From: Acidimicrobiales bacterium
Lineage (GTDB): Bacteria; Actinomycetota; Acidimicrobiia; Acidimicrobiales; SZUA-35
DNA: 64,000 bases
NCBI GenBank assembly: GCA_047638695.1
Contig: JBLINY010000005.1
Span: forward strand, 28,075-92,074
Reading direction: 5' to 3'
The notes beneath the pieces are model-generated. The model was not told where the DNA came from. It did no database searches and saw only the letters and a list, made by a program, of their open reading frames with translations. Positions 45,520-54,672 of the stretch are shown here, piece after piece; position 1 is the first letter of the stretch, and each line of letters opens with the position of its first letter. The translations under genes were made by a program, and so were the position numbers.

Positions 45520-46310
45520 TGGATCCGGCAACCATCATCGGTCTGCTCTTGGCGTTGGGAGCCGTGTTTGGCGCCCTCTTCATGGGTGGGCTCAATCCGA
45601 TCGGCATTTTCCTCGCCGATATTCCCTCGATCATCCTGGTTTTTGGCGGCACGATCGGTGTCACCATGGCCAGCGGCACCATGCCGGCCGCCATCAACGC
45701 AATCAAGGTGTTGATCAAGGCCTTCACCGGAGGCGCGGTCGAAGACCCAGGGGACAATGTGCGTCTCCTCGTCGAGTTCGCCGACGTGGCTCGGCGAGAA
45801 GGCCTGCTCGCGCTCGAGCCGCGGCTGGAGGAGATCGACGACCCGTTCTTTCGCAAGGGAATGGAAATGGCGGTCGACGGAACCGACCCAGAAGCGTTGA
45901 GAGAGCAGCTAGAGATCGACCTCGACAAGACACGGGAACGTCACACCCAAGGTGCCAAGTTTTTCGTGACGGCGGCTGGCTACGCGCCGGCGATGGGCAT
46001 GATCGGAACGGTCATTGGTCTGGTCGACATGTTGGGCAATCTCGATGATCCGTCGTCGTTGGGCCCGTCGATGGCTGTGGCCTTTCTCACCACTCTTTGG
46101 GGTGCGTTTTTGGCCAACTTCCTATTCAGCCCCATAGCGAACAAGTTGAAGAAGATGTCAAGTGATGAGCTGGCTGCGAGAGAGATCGTGTTGGAAGGGA
46201 TTCTGGCCGTACAGGCGGGCAGCAACCCACGCGCCATCGCCGGCATGCTCGGCTCGTTCTTGCCTCCGGCGGCGAGAGAAGGCCTGAGCGAGGATCAGAA
46301 GAGTGCCTAG
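45519..46310 (+). CDS. motA: Flagellar stator protein MotA
   Basis: 263 aa with four TM segments. The C-terminal AVAFLTTLWGAFLANFLFSPIANKL is typical of the MotA/TolQ/ExbB family. Confidence 0.9.
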   Translation: MDPATIIGLLLALGAVFGALFMGGLNPIGIFLADIPSIILVFGGTIGVTMASGTMPAAINAIKVLIKAFTGGAVEDPGDNVRLLVEFADVARREGLLALEPRLEEIDDPFFRKGMEMAVDGTDPEALREQLEIDLDKTRERHTQGAKFFVTAAGYAPAMGMIGTVIGLVDMLGNLDDPSSLGPSMAVAFLTTLWGAFLANFLFSPIANKLKKMSSDELAAREIVLEGILAVQAGSNPRAIAGMLGSFLPPAAREGLSEDQKSA

Positions 46311-47229
46311 AAAGGCCGTCGAGGAGGACGATGGACCAGACAAGTCATGGATGGAGAGCTACGCCGACGCCATGACCCTCCTGCTGGCCTTCTTCATCAT
46401 GATGTTTGCCTTTGCCCTGGTCGACGAGACGAAGTTTCACGATTTCAAAGTTGGCATGGTCACCGCACTCGGAGTGTCTGACCCGGTGAACGAGAAGGCC
46501 GACAGCTTGCTCGAGTCTGGGAACGGGATCGCCTTGACGGTCGGCCTCTCAACGGTACCGAGCCAGGAAGTTCGCAACCAGGTCAAACAGACAGAGGGTG
46601 AACTCGAGGACTCCGGAACGATTTCGGAGTCGAATATCGAGGAGATACGTGAGCTTCTCGAGAACAAGTTCGAACAGCTAGGAGCGGGCGAGTTTGTGAA
46701 CGTCGATATCGACGAGCGCGGACTGGTCATCCGTTACGACGGCCGAGTGCTGTTCCGCAGCGGTGCGGCCGATCTCGGTATCGAAAGCGATGCCATCTTG
46801 GCCGCATCAGCTGAGGTGCTGGAATTGGTCGACAACCCGGTTGATATCGAAGGACACACTGATGATCGACCGACCGGTGGAGTCTGGATCTCCAACTGGG
46901 AGTTGTCGTCGGCTCGTAGCGCTGCCGTGGTCCGCTGGCTGATCGACTTTGGCAGTATTGGCCCACGCCGACTTGCTGCGGTCGGCGTCGCCGACACTCG
47001 CCCGGTTGTCTCGAACGACACCGAAGAGAACCGCTCCCAGAACCGACGGGTCGAGGTGGTCATCCGCGTGGACGGGTTACTGGAGAGCGACATCGATGTG
47101 ATCAACCCCCTCGGTGACGCACTTGGTGAAGATCTCTACGACGCCCCGTTTTATCTGACGCCGGTACCCGCACCCGAGGAAGCGAACAACAACGTGCTCG
47201 GCTTTGAAGCGGGCTTTGGACAGGAGTGA
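46303..47229 (+). CDS. motB: Flagellar stator protein MotB (OmpA-like peptidoglycan anchor)
   Basis: SWMESYADAMTLLLAFFIMMFAF carries the conserved Asp-containing TM. OmpA-like IEGHTDDRP...NWELSSARSAAVVRWL...NRRVEVVI. Confidence 0.85.
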   Translation: MPRKAVEEDDGPDKSWMESYADAMTLLLAFFIMMFAFALVDETKFHDFKVGMVTALGVSDPVNEKADSLLESGNGIALTVGLSTVPSQEVRNQVKQTEGELEDSGTISESNIEEIRELLENKFEQLGAGEFVNVDIDERGLVIRYDGRVLFRSGAADLGIESDAILAASAEVLELVDNPVDIEGHTDDRPTGGVWISNWELSSARSAAVVRWLIDFGSIGPRRLAAVGVADTRPVVSNDTEENRSQNRRVEVVIRVDGLLESDIDVINPLGDALGEDLYDAPFYLTPVPAPEEANNNVLGFEAGFGQE

Positions 47230-47232
47230 CAC

Positions 47233-47703
47233 ATGGCAAAGAAGAAGGATGATGGCGATGAGGAAGCTGAGGAAGGTGGCGGCAAGAAGGGTCTGATGAT
47301 TAAGGCCGGTGGCGGCGTGCTCGCTCTCGGGCTCGTCTACAACTTCGTACTGAAGCCGGCCCCACCGCCTGACGCCATGGCGATGGTTGATGTCGCTCCG
47401 ATAGAGGGCGAGATAATCGAACTTCCAGAAATGGTGATCAACCTCAAAGATGACGAGGTCAGCTACGTCCGCGTCGGCGTGGCATTGATCCTTGAAGAGG
47501 GGACCCTCGCTGCCGATTTCGAGGCCGAGTCGGCCATAGCGAAGGACGTCATTCTCGACGATCTGTCGTCCCGGGGAGCAGCCGAACTACGTACGGCCGA
47601 AGGCAAACAGGTGGTCAAAGCGGACATCTCGGAAAAGGTTCGCGAGGCCTACGACGACGCCAAGGTCGTCCGTGTCCTCTTCACCATCTTGGTGATGCAG
47701 TGA
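47233..47703 (+). CDS. fliL: Flagellar basal-body-associated protein FliL
   Basis: N-terminal Lys/Glu-rich region plus a TM, then EMVINLKDDEVSYVRVGVALILE...VVRVLFTILVMQ. This is the FliL pattern. Confidence 0.7.
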   Translation: MAKKKDDGDEEAEEGGGKKGLMIKAGGGVLALGLVYNFVLKPAPPPDAMAMVDVAPIEGEIIELPEMVINLKDDEVSYVRVGVALILEEGTLAADFEAESAIAKDVILDDLSSRGAAELRTAEGKQVVKADISEKVREAYDDAKVVRVLFTILVMQ

Positions 47704-47743
47704 GCGTACGGATCCAATGACCAGCCGTCGCCGATCGAAAAAA

Positions 47744-47772
47744 CCCCGAGCCAGCTCTACTACTGCTCGGGG
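47744..47772 (+). terminator. Stem-loop after fliL (8-bp stem, no U-tract)
   Basis: CCCCGAGC-13 nt-GCTCGGGG, preceded by an A-run. It could act as an intrinsic terminator without a U-tract. Confidence 0.3.
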
Positions 47773-47851
47773 TAGGTGACGAAGCTCTGAGACACGACGG
47801 CTTGCTGTCGTCTCCCGGACACGGACTGTCCAGGGGAAGAAGTAGAAGACC

Positions 47852-47881
47852 CGTCTCCCACGGAAGGAACCTCGAGAGACA
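47852..47881 (+). promoter_or_regulatory. Conserved flagellin leader, copy 1 (candidate CsrA site over the SD)
   Basis: cgtctcccacGGAaGGAacctcgagagaca is identical to 48844-48873. Two GGA motifs overlap the SD. Confidence 0.4.
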
Positions 47882-48682
47882 ATGCGTATTAACAACAACA
47901 TCATGGCGTTCAACGCCAACCGAAATCTGGGTAACAGCAACAATGCGCTGGGCAAGAGCCTGGAGAAGCTGAGTTCTGGTTATCGGATCAACCGTGCAGG
48001 CGATGATGCCGCTGGTTTGGTTATCAGTCAGAAGTTGCGGGCTGAGATTGGTGGTCTGAAGACCGCTTCTCGTAATGCCCAGGACGGCATCAGTTTCGTT
48101 CAGACCGCTGAAGGTGGTTTGGCTGAGGTTCACAACATGCTTGGCCGCATGCGTGACCTGTCCGTCCAGGCTGCCAACGACACCAACGATGCCGCCGCCC
48201 GAACTGCCATCGGCGCTGAAATCACGGCATTGAATGCGGAGATCACCCGGATCGGTGCTGACACCACGTTCGCTGGAAGTGCCGTGTTCGGTACTGCCGT
48301 GAACCTGCAGGTTGGTTCCGAAGGAACCGGCACCGCCGGTCAGATCACCATCGCGGCCACAGTCGCTCCAGCTGCAGTGGCCGGCACCGTCGACTCGGCG
48401 GTCAACGCCCGATTGATGATCGAGGCCGTCGATGCGTCGATCGCCACCATCTCAGCTTCTCGTGGTGCTCTTGGTGCCACCCAGAACCGGTTGGAGTCGA
48501 CGATCAACAACTTGCAGGTCACCACCGAGAACCTGTCGGCTTCGGAGTCCCGGATTCGGGACACTGACATGGCCGCAGAGATGGTCAACTTCACCAAGAA
48601 CCAGATCCTCCAGCAGGCCGGCACCGCGATGCTCGGCCAGGCCAACTCAGTACCACAGTCAGTTCTGAGTCTCCTCCAGTAG
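47882..48682 (+). CDS. fliC: Flagellin (short, D0/D1-only), copy 1
   Basis: MRINNNIMAFNANRNLGNSNNALGKSLEKLSSGYRINRAGDDAAGLVIS... and C-terminal NRLESTINNL...DTDMAAEMVNFTKNQILQQAGTAMLGQANSVPQSVLSLLQ. Confidence 0.95.
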   Translation: MRINNNIMAFNANRNLGNSNNALGKSLEKLSSGYRINRAGDDAAGLVISQKLRAEIGGLKTASRNAQDGISFVQTAEGGLAEVHNMLGRMRDLSVQAANDTNDAAARTAIGAEITALNAEITRIGADTTFAGSAVFGTAVNLQVGSEGTGTAGQITIAATVAPAAVAGTVDSAVNARLMIEAVDASIATISASRGALGATQNRLESTINNLQVTTENLSASESRIRDTDMAAEMVNFTKNQILQQAGTAMLGQANSVPQSVLSLLQ

Positions 48683-48695
48683 GCCAAATTCCTGA

Positions 48696-48721
48696 CCGCC
48701 ACGCCGGGCAAGGCGTGGTGG
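48696..48721 (+). terminator. Stem-loop just after flagellin copy 1
   Basis: CCACGCC-gggcaa-GGCGTGG, extendable with one G-U pair. It starts 14 nt after the stop. Confidence 0.4.
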
Positions 48722-48758
48722 CGACGGAGGCTCTCGTCTATTTCACCTGGGCATGACA

Positions 48759-48782
48759 GTCGAAGCCATGGACGGCTTCGAC
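48759..48782 (+). other. 9-bp perfect stem-loop between the two flagellin genes
   Basis: GTCGAAGCC-atggac-GGCTTCGAC. Confidence 0.4.
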
Positions 48783-48843
48783 CGTCGCCGCCCCTCTTGC
48801 CCTTTGGATCCGCTTCTGGATCCACCCCTAACAACAAAAGAAT

Positions 48844-48873
48844 CGTCTCCCACGGAAGGAACCTCGAGAGACA
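48844..48873 (+). promoter_or_regulatory. Conserved flagellin leader, copy 2 (candidate CsrA site over the SD)
   Basis: The 30 nt are identical to 47852-47881, at the same distance from the ATG. Confidence 0.4.
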
Positions 48874-49680
48874 ATGCGTATTAACAACAACATCATGGCG
48901 TTCAACGCCAACCGAAATCTGGGTAACAGCAACAATGCGCTGGGCAAGAGCCTGGAGAAGCTGAGTTCTGGTTATCGGATCAACCGTGCAGGCGATGATG
49001 CCGCTGGTTTGGTTATCAGTCAGAAGTTGCGGGCTGAGATTGGTGGTCTGAAGACCGCTTCTCGTAATGCTCAGGATGGCATCAGTTTCGTTCAGACCGC
49101 TGAAGGTGGTTTGGCTGAGGTTCACAACATGCTTGGCCGCATGCGTGATCTCGCGGTTCAGGGTGCCAACGACACCAACGATGCCGCGGCACGGACGGCC
49201 ATCTTCGAAGAGATGACTGCTCTCAACTCGGAGATCACCCGGATTGGTGCTGACACCACGTTCGCGGGAAGTGCCGTGTTCGGTGTCGCCGTGAACCTGC
49301 AGGTTGGTTCCGAAGGAACCGGTACCGCTGGTCAGATCACCATCGCGGCCACGGTCGCGCCAGCTGCAGTCGTCATTGGCGCAAGCATCGCCGATGCTGG
49401 CGAGGCTCGTGCCATCATCGAATTGACCGATACCGCGATCGCGACGATCTCGGCTGCTCGTGGTGCTCTTGGTGCCACCCAGAACCGGTTGGAGTCGACG
49501 ATCAACAACTTGCAGGTCACCACCGAGAACCTGTCGGCTTCGGAGTCCCGGATTCGGGACACTGACATGGCCGCTGAGATGGTGAACTTCACCAAGAATC
49601 AGATCCTCCAGCAGGCCGGTACCGCGATGCTCGGCCAGGCCAACTCAGTACCACAGTCAGTTCTGAGTCTCCTCCAGTAG
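48874..49680 (+). CDS. fliC: Flagellin (short, D0/D1-only), copy 2
   Basis: The first ~90 and last ~74 codons are near-identical to copy 1, with only a few synonymous differences. The centre is divergent. Confidence 0.95.
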   Translation: MRINNNIMAFNANRNLGNSNNALGKSLEKLSSGYRINRAGDDAAGLVISQKLRAEIGGLKTASRNAQDGISFVQTAEGGLAEVHNMLGRMRDLAVQGANDTNDAAARTAIFEEMTALNSEITRIGADTTFAGSAVFGVAVNLQVGSEGTGTAGQITIAATVAPAAVVIGASIADAGEARAIIELTDTAIATISAARGALGATQNRLESTINNLQVTTENLSASESRIRDTDMAAEMVNFTKNQILQQAGTAMLGQANSVPQSVLSLLQ

Positions 49681-49707
49681 CGGGCTTGTAATAAGGGAGG
49701 GACTCGA

Positions 49708-49744
49708 ACGAGCGGTCCCAGCGATCATTGCTGGGACCGCTCGT
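49708..49744 (+). terminator. Strong stem-loop (15-bp perfect stem, 7-nt loop) after flagellin copy 2
   Basis: ACGAGCGGTCCCAGC-gatcatt-GCTGGGACCGCTCGT. No U-tract follows. Confidence 0.55.
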
Positions 49745-49832
49745 GCTCAACTCCTGCGGTATTTCTACTGATCGACTGGCTGGCCTCCGAGACTTGGAAG
49801 TATCAGTCTCTTGAAGAGAGGACTTTGCAGAC

Positions 49833-51125
49833 ATGGCAAATATTGATGGCCTCTCGACAGGCCTCGACACGACAGCCATCATCGACGCGCTTCTGGCCGT
49901 CGAGCGGTTGCCGCAAGACCGGATCGTCGCTCGGCGGGCGAAGAGTCAAGCGGCGGCGACAGTGTTGGGCTCGCTCAAGACGAGCGTAGCCAACCTACGC
50001 AATAGCGCGGCTGATCTCCGACTCAGTTCCGGCTGGGAGAAACTTGTTGGCTCATCTTCATCAGAGACCGTGGCGGTGGAGGCTAGCTCTGGAGGTTTCA
50101 CCGGCTCTATCTCTTTCAGGGTCGATGCACTAGCGACCAGTCATGTCGTCTATTCAAACGATGTCTTTGAGACACTTGAGTCGCCTGCCGGTGCGACAAC
50201 CCTCGGCGAGCTGGTGGGCAGTATCAATGCCGACGCCGAGCTCGATTTCGTCGCTGTCGCCATTCAGACCGGCGAAGGGTTCCGGCTCCAGCTGGCGGCA
50301 AAGGAAGGTGGCGAGGGTTCGACCGTCGATCTCACCACTCCCTCGCTCGCCGGAATCGGATTTACGACCCTTACCGAAGGAGCGGATGCCCAGATCACGT
50401 TCGAAGGTTTGAATCCGTACAGCATCACCTCGAAATCGAACTCCTTCACCGATCTCATTCCCGGTGTGGTCGTCTCGGTTTCCGAAGTCAGTACGACACC
50501 GGTCACCGTGGCCGTTGGCCACGACTACGAGCAGATAGCCGACAGTGTCGAGGCCCTCGTCGCTCAGTTCAACGAATTGAAGACGACCATGGCAGCCTCC
50601 ACCCGCGTCGATCCGGGGCTGGCCAACCAGGTACCACTTGCCTTCAACAGCAACGTTCGCCGGTCAGAGCAGGCCCTCGTAAGCGCCTTTGTTAACCCGA
50701 TCAACGGCGCCGATTTATCGGCACCGAGCCAGGCCGGCATCACTCTGCAACGCGACGGCACCCTGGCGTTCGACCGCGACAAGTTCATCGAGGCGGCAAC
50801 GGCCGACAACGCGTCGGTCAGCCGGCTTTTCATTGCACCAGGCGCTGACGACGACCCGGGGATTCTCGACCGTTTGGTCGAGGCAGGCGACCTGGCGACT
50901 ACGTTCGGCACCGGCCTGTTGGCGACGGCTGAAGAGTACGAGAAGTCCCGAATAGAGGATTTTAGCGCGCAGATTGAAGCCTTTGAAGACCGCCTCATTC
51001 GAAAAGAAGAACAGCTAAGAAAGCTCTACTCGAATCTTGAAGTTGCCATCGGCAGCCTCAACAACCAATCGAACTGGCTGGCTGGCCAACTTTCTTCGCT
51101 CGCCGGCTCCGGAGGTGACTCGTGA
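49833..51125 (+). CDS. fliD: Filament cap protein FliD
   Basis: MANIDGLSTGLDTTAIIDALLAVERLPQDRI is a canonical FliD start. 430 aa. Confidence 0.85.
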   Translation: MANIDGLSTGLDTTAIIDALLAVERLPQDRIVARRAKSQAAATVLGSLKTSVANLRNSAADLRLSSGWEKLVGSSSSETVAVEASSGGFTGSISFRVDALATSHVVYSNDVFETLESPAGATTLGELVGSINADAELDFVAVAIQTGEGFRLQLAAKEGGEGSTVDLTTPSLAGIGFTTLTEGADAQITFEGLNPYSITSKSNSFTDLIPGVVVSVSEVSTTPVTVAVGHDYEQIADSVEALVAQFNELKTTMAASTRVDPGLANQVPLAFNSNVRRSEQALVSAFVNPINGADLSAPSQAGITLQRDGTLAFDRDKFIEAATADNASVSRLFIAPGADDDPGILDRLVEAGDLATTFGTGLLATAEEYEKSRIEDFSAQIEAFEDRLIRKEEQLRKLYSNLEVAIGSLNNQSNWLAGQLSSLAGSGGDS

Positions 51126-51535
51126 ATTCAAAACAGGCACAGCGTTACCGAGAGGACGGCATGGCCGTCACCCCACGACCACAGCTCGTCGTCAAGCTCT
51201 ATGAGCGACTGGCTTCTGACCTATTTCAGGCATCGAAGGCTGCAGGCAGCGGTGAAGTGGAAGCGGCGCACACTGCGTTGCTTCACGCTCAGGACATCGT
51301 CTTCGAGCTCACTCTCGCCCTCGATGTGGATGCCTGGGCAGGCGGCGCTGGTCTTCGTGACCTTTATCAACATCTGAGCGGCAGGCTTCTTGAAGCCAAT
51401 GTTCACAAGTCGAGGGAGATTATCGACGAGTGCTCCATGCTTATTGCTCCCCTGGTCGGAGCGTGGCAAGAGGCACTGCAGATCGTGCAGCAGAGCCGGG
51501 TCGCGAGCCCGGCATACGCGGCGGGCCAGGCGTAA
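51122..51535 (+). CDS. fliS: Flagellin chaperone FliS
   Basis: 137 aa. QAQRYREDGMAVTPRPQLVVKLYERL...LHAQDIVFELTLALD fits the FliS four-helix pattern. GTGA overlap with fliD. Confidence 0.8.
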   Translation: MNSKQAQRYREDGMAVTPRPQLVVKLYERLASDLFQASKAAGSGEVEAAHTALLHAQDIVFELTLALDVDAWAGGAGLRDLYQHLSGRLLEANVHKSREIIDECSMLIAPLVGAWQEALQIVQQSRVASPAYAAGQA

Positions 51536-51537
51536 AC

Positions 51538-51846
51538 GTGTCTGACCAAGATCATCATGGTGCGTGGGGCGAGGTCCTCGATCTGTTCGAGGCAGGCCTA
51601 GCCCATCATCGGTCGCTACGCGATGGAGTGAGTTTGGACGGTGCCGACAACCCATGGCCGCCTTCGGAGCTGCCGAGTGGACCGGTGCCGCCCCACCATG
51701 AGCCCCGAGCTCGACAACTCTTACGTCAGGCCGATCAGATTTCGGGCCAGCTGATGACACAAATGTCCGAGCTGGAGCCACCCCGACGCCCTCGAGCGGT
51801 GGCGCGGCCGGTGCCCAGCCATGCCAGGTGGACCGCTCGATTGTGA
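51538..51846 (+). CDS. Hypothetical protein in the fliT position
   Basis: GTG 51538 lies 2 nt after the fliS stop. 102 aa, Pro/Arg-rich second half, no motif recognised. Coding status is uncertain. Confidence 0.3.
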   Translation: MSDQDHHGAWGEVLDLFEAGLAHHRSLRDGVSLDGADNPWPPSELPSGPVPPHHEPRARQLLRQADQISGQLMTQMSELEPPRRPRAVARPVPSHARWTARL

Positions 51847-52001
51847 TCTCATCCTCCGAAATCGCTCGCTGACCTACTACAGCGACGGAAGAGGGCCGAG
51901 ACTCGGAGGGGAGCTAGGAAGCTCGATCAACATCGGCCCAGGGACGGGCACCACGATTAGCCAATTAGGCAATCGTTTCACCCCGTACCCCGGAGCCTTT
52001 C

Positions 52002-52346
52002 GTGATCATCGGAGACCTGACAACCCGAAGCCTGGCCCAAGCTCTTCGCGGGCTGGAATCCCAGCAACAGGCCCATGAACAGAATGTGGCCAATGTCGAG
52101 ACACCTGGCTACCTGGCCAAATCCGTAGAGTTCGAGGCCTCGCTCCGCCGAGCAATCGATTCTGGCCGACCCGAACATGCCGGAGTTTCTCAGTCGACTT
52201 CTACAGAACCGACACGGACCGACGGCAACAATGTGCGCCTCGACCGGGAGCTCACCGGTCTTGCCGAGAATGCGCTTCGCCAGCAGCTGGTCACAGCGGC
52301 GCTGAATGCGAACTTCCGGCTTACTCGGGCTGCGTTAGGTCGCTGA
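52002..52346 (+). CDS. flgB: Proximal rod protein FlgB
   Basis: LESQQQAHEQNVANVETPGY and the C-terminal LTGLAENALRQQL pattern. Confidence 0.85.
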   Translation: MIIGDLTTRSLAQALRGLESQQQAHEQNVANVETPGYLAKSVEFEASLRRAIDSGRPEHAGVSQSTSTEPTRTDGNNVRLDRELTGLAENALRQQLVTAALNANFRLTRAALGR

Positions 52347-52347
52347 C

Positions 52348-52752
52348 ATGCCCGGTCCCTTCCATTCACTGAGCATCGCCTCGTCTGGCATGAACGTGTA
52401 TCAGACATGGCTCGACGCCGTTGCCGACAATGTCGCCAACACCAACACTATTCGGGGCACCGACGAGGACGCCTACCAAGCGCGCTTCGTTATCGCCCAA
52501 TCTGAGGAGATCGATGGCCGGCCGGCGGGCGCCGCCGTCGCTGGGGCTGCCTTCGGTAGCGCTGAGGGTGTCCTCGTGTACGACCCGAGTCATCCGCTCG
52601 CCGACGACGAGGGCATGGTGCGGGCCCCCGACATGGACATGACCAATCAGATGACCAACATGCTTGCTGCCCAACGGGCCTACCAGGCAAACGTTGCGGC
52701 ATTCGAACGAGCGCGGGACGCCTACATGCGCGCCCTCGAGATCGGTACGTAG
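52348..52752 (+). CDS. flgC: Proximal rod protein FlgC
   Basis: [27 protein letters not shown] and C-terminal [28 protein letters not shown]. Confidence 0.9.
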   Translation: MPGPFHSLSIASSGMNVYQTWLDAVADNVANTNTIRGTDEDAYQARFVIAQSEEIDGRPAGAAVAGAAFGSAEGVLVYDPSHPLADDEGMVRAPDMDMTNQMTNMLAAQRAYQANVAAFERARDAYMRALEIGT

Positions 52753-52756
52753 AGCC

Positions 52757-53062
52757 ATGATCAACCCAGTCGCGGGCGTGAACGTCGCCGGATCTTCTGC
52801 CGCCGGGCGGGCCGCCACGCAGCGTGCCGCGGGCCAAGAAGAAGCAGGTTTCGGTGATTCCGTGGGCTCGATCCTGGAGAATCTCCAGGGGGCCGAGGCC
52901 AAGGCCGATGCGGCTGCACTTGGTGCAGCCACTGGTGATCTGAACTCGGTGAGCGACTACATGATCGCGGCGACTGAAGCGCAGCTCACCACAGAGGTCA
53001 CGGTTGCGGTTCGAAACCGAGCCCTTGAGTCGTTCAACGAGATCATGAGGATGCAGGTCTAA
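52757..53062 (+). CDS. fliE: Hook-basal body protein FliE
   Basis: 101 aa. [20 protein letters not shown]...[40 protein letters not shown]. The start is ATG 52757. Confidence 0.8.
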   Translation: MINPVAGVNVAGSSAAGRAATQRAAGQEEAGFGDSVGSILENLQGAEAKADAAALGAATGDLNSVSDYMIAATEAQLTTEVTVAVRNRALESFNEIMRMQV

Positions 53063-54672
53063 TGGCCGAGAATTCGCTCGAAGCTTTCACCGGTGCCAGC
53101 GTGTCGTCATTCCGACGCATGAGTCTGAATCAACGGGTCCTTCTCGGGGCCGTCTTTCTGGCCGTCGTCGGCGCCGTCTTCTTCATCAGCCGGCTCGGCG
53201 GCTCGACCTCCATGGGGGTGTTGTACTCGGGACTTGATCCCGATAGCGCAGCCGGCATCGTGGCGGAGCTAGAGAGTCAGGGCGTTCCCTACGAGCTCTC
53301 AGACTCCGGCCGAGTCATCAGAGTTCAGCGAACCGATGTCGCTGCAGTCCGGCTCGACATGAGCGCTGCCGGTCTGCCCGACTCGAACGATGGCTGGTCG
53401 ATTCTTGACGACCAGGGCATCACATCCTCTGAGTTCGATCAGCGCGTCGGGTACCAGCGAGCGATGGAGTCCGAACTGGCGTCAACTATCGCCGTCATTG
53501 ACGGAGTGGCACTAGCGAATGTTCACCTGGTCATTCCAGAACAAGACCTCTTCGTCGACGACGAGATCCATCCCTCTGCTTCGGTTCTCCTGCAAAAGGA
53601 CCCGGGGGCTCAGCTGACCGCAACTCAGATCCAGGCGATCGTGAATCTCGTTGCTTCCTCGATCGAAGGTCTGAGCGCCATCGACGTCACCGTCACCGAC
53701 GACGAGGGTCGTCTTCTCGCCGGCGGTGATGAAGATGGTGTGGCCGGGATGGAAGCGGACAATCAGACCCGGATGCGGCAAAGTTATGAGGCTGATATCG
53801 AGGACCAACTGACCCGCCTGTTGACGGCAGTCGTTGGCCCCGGTCGATCAGTGGTGACCGTGGCCGCCGATCTTGATTTCGACACCGTGCTCACCACCCA
53901 GGAACAGTTCAACGAGGCGACAGACGCCGCCAACCAGACACTTCCGCAAGCGGAAACAACCCGGCTGGAGCGGTACGGGGATGTGGCAGCCCCAGACCTC
54001 GGTGTCGTCGATATTGAGGCTGAAATTCTGGAGGGTCCTGACGCGACCACCGATGGGTCTGCCACATACCAGCTCGATGAGCGAGATGTCGTCTATGCGC
54101 TCAACTCAGTTGTCACCAGCACCGAGAGGGCGCCCGGAGCAATCCGCTCGCTTTCTGTTGCGGTGGTTATCGACGAGGAGCTCGTCCCGCCTGACCGCCT
54201 CGTCGAGATCGAAGGGATGATCGCAGCCGCAATCGGCTCCGACCCCGACAGAGGAGATGTTGTTGCGGTCAACCTGTTGCCGTTCGACATCTCCCTGGAA
54301 GAACAGGAGGCCGCCGCCGTGGAGGTCGCTGCTGCCCAGGAGGAAGCGGCGTCCTCGGGCGGCGATGGGCCTATGGCTTTGATCCGGCTCGGCGCGGCAA
54401 CAGTTATTGGCTTGTTCGTTCTGATCGGTGGCCTGTTCATGGTGCGCAAAGCCAGCCGTCGTGAGGTCATCGACAGCATCGATCTTGAATCGCTGTCGGC
54501 GGCAACGGGCGACGACCCCAATGCGACCGACGAGAACGGTGAGCCACTCCGTACACCCCAGTTAGGCGAGGCGACCGAAGAAGACCTGCTCGAGCTCGTC
54601 GCCAATCAGCCTGAAGACATCGCAGTAGTGCTCCGTCAGTGGTTGTCGCAACCGGAGGAGAACAACCAATGA
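53062..54672 (+). CDS. fliF: MS-ring protein FliF
   Basis: 536 aa. N-terminal TM, then LYSGLDPDSAAGIVAELESQGVPYEL, then a C-terminal TM and an acidic tail. TAATG overlap with fliE. Confidence 0.9.
   Translation: MAENSLEAFTGASVSSFRRMSLNQRVLLGAVFLAVVGAVFFISRLGGSTSMGVLYSGLDPDSAAGIVAELESQGVPYELSDSGRVIRVQRTDVAAVRLDMSAAGLPDSNDGWSILDDQGITSSEFDQRVGYQRAMESELASTIAVIDGVALANVHLVIPEQDLFVDDEIHPSASVLLQKDPGAQLTATQIQAIVNLVASSIEGLSAIDVTVTDDEGRLLAGGDEDGVAGMEADNQTRMRQSYEADIEDQLTRLLTAVVGPGRSVVTVAADLDFDTVLTTQEQFNEATDAANQTLPQAETTRLERYGDVAAPDLGVVDIEAEILEGPDATTDGSATYQLDERDVVYALNSVVTSTERAPGAIRSLSVAVVIDEELVPPDRLVEIEGMIAAAIGSDPDRGDVVAVNLLPFDISLEEQEAAAVEVAAAQEEAASSGGDGPMALIRLGAATVIGLFVLIGGLFMVRKASRREVIDSIDLESLSAATGDDPNATDENGEPLRTPQLGEATEEDLLELVANQPEDIAVVLRQWLSQPEENNQ

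Noticed and set aside
47727-47745. Possible sigma-28 -10 element (GCCGATCG resembles GCCGATAA) upstream of flagellin copy 1.
   Set aside because: There is no TAAA-like -35 at the required 15-16 nt spacing. No equivalent element lies upstream of flagellin copy 2, even though the leaders are conserved. I could not support any sigma-28 promoter call by eye.
47681-49125. Two similar minus-strand ORFs (47681..48133 and 48340..49125), both starting MNLSQTTFSGLNETDA.
   Set aside because: They are antisense to the duplicated flagellin genes, and their similarity only reflects that duplication.
49695-49745. tRNA-like fragment (ggactcgaacg resembles a T-arm).
   Set aside because: It is simply the left arm of a 15-bp perfect hairpin after the flagellin gene. 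No cloverleaf can be drawn.
51538-51846. Possible PilZ-type c-di-GMP receptor, because of an RxxxR (RQLLR).
   Set aside because: No D/N-x-S-x-x-G motif follows at the expected distance, and the protein is too short and Pro-rich for a PilZ barrel.
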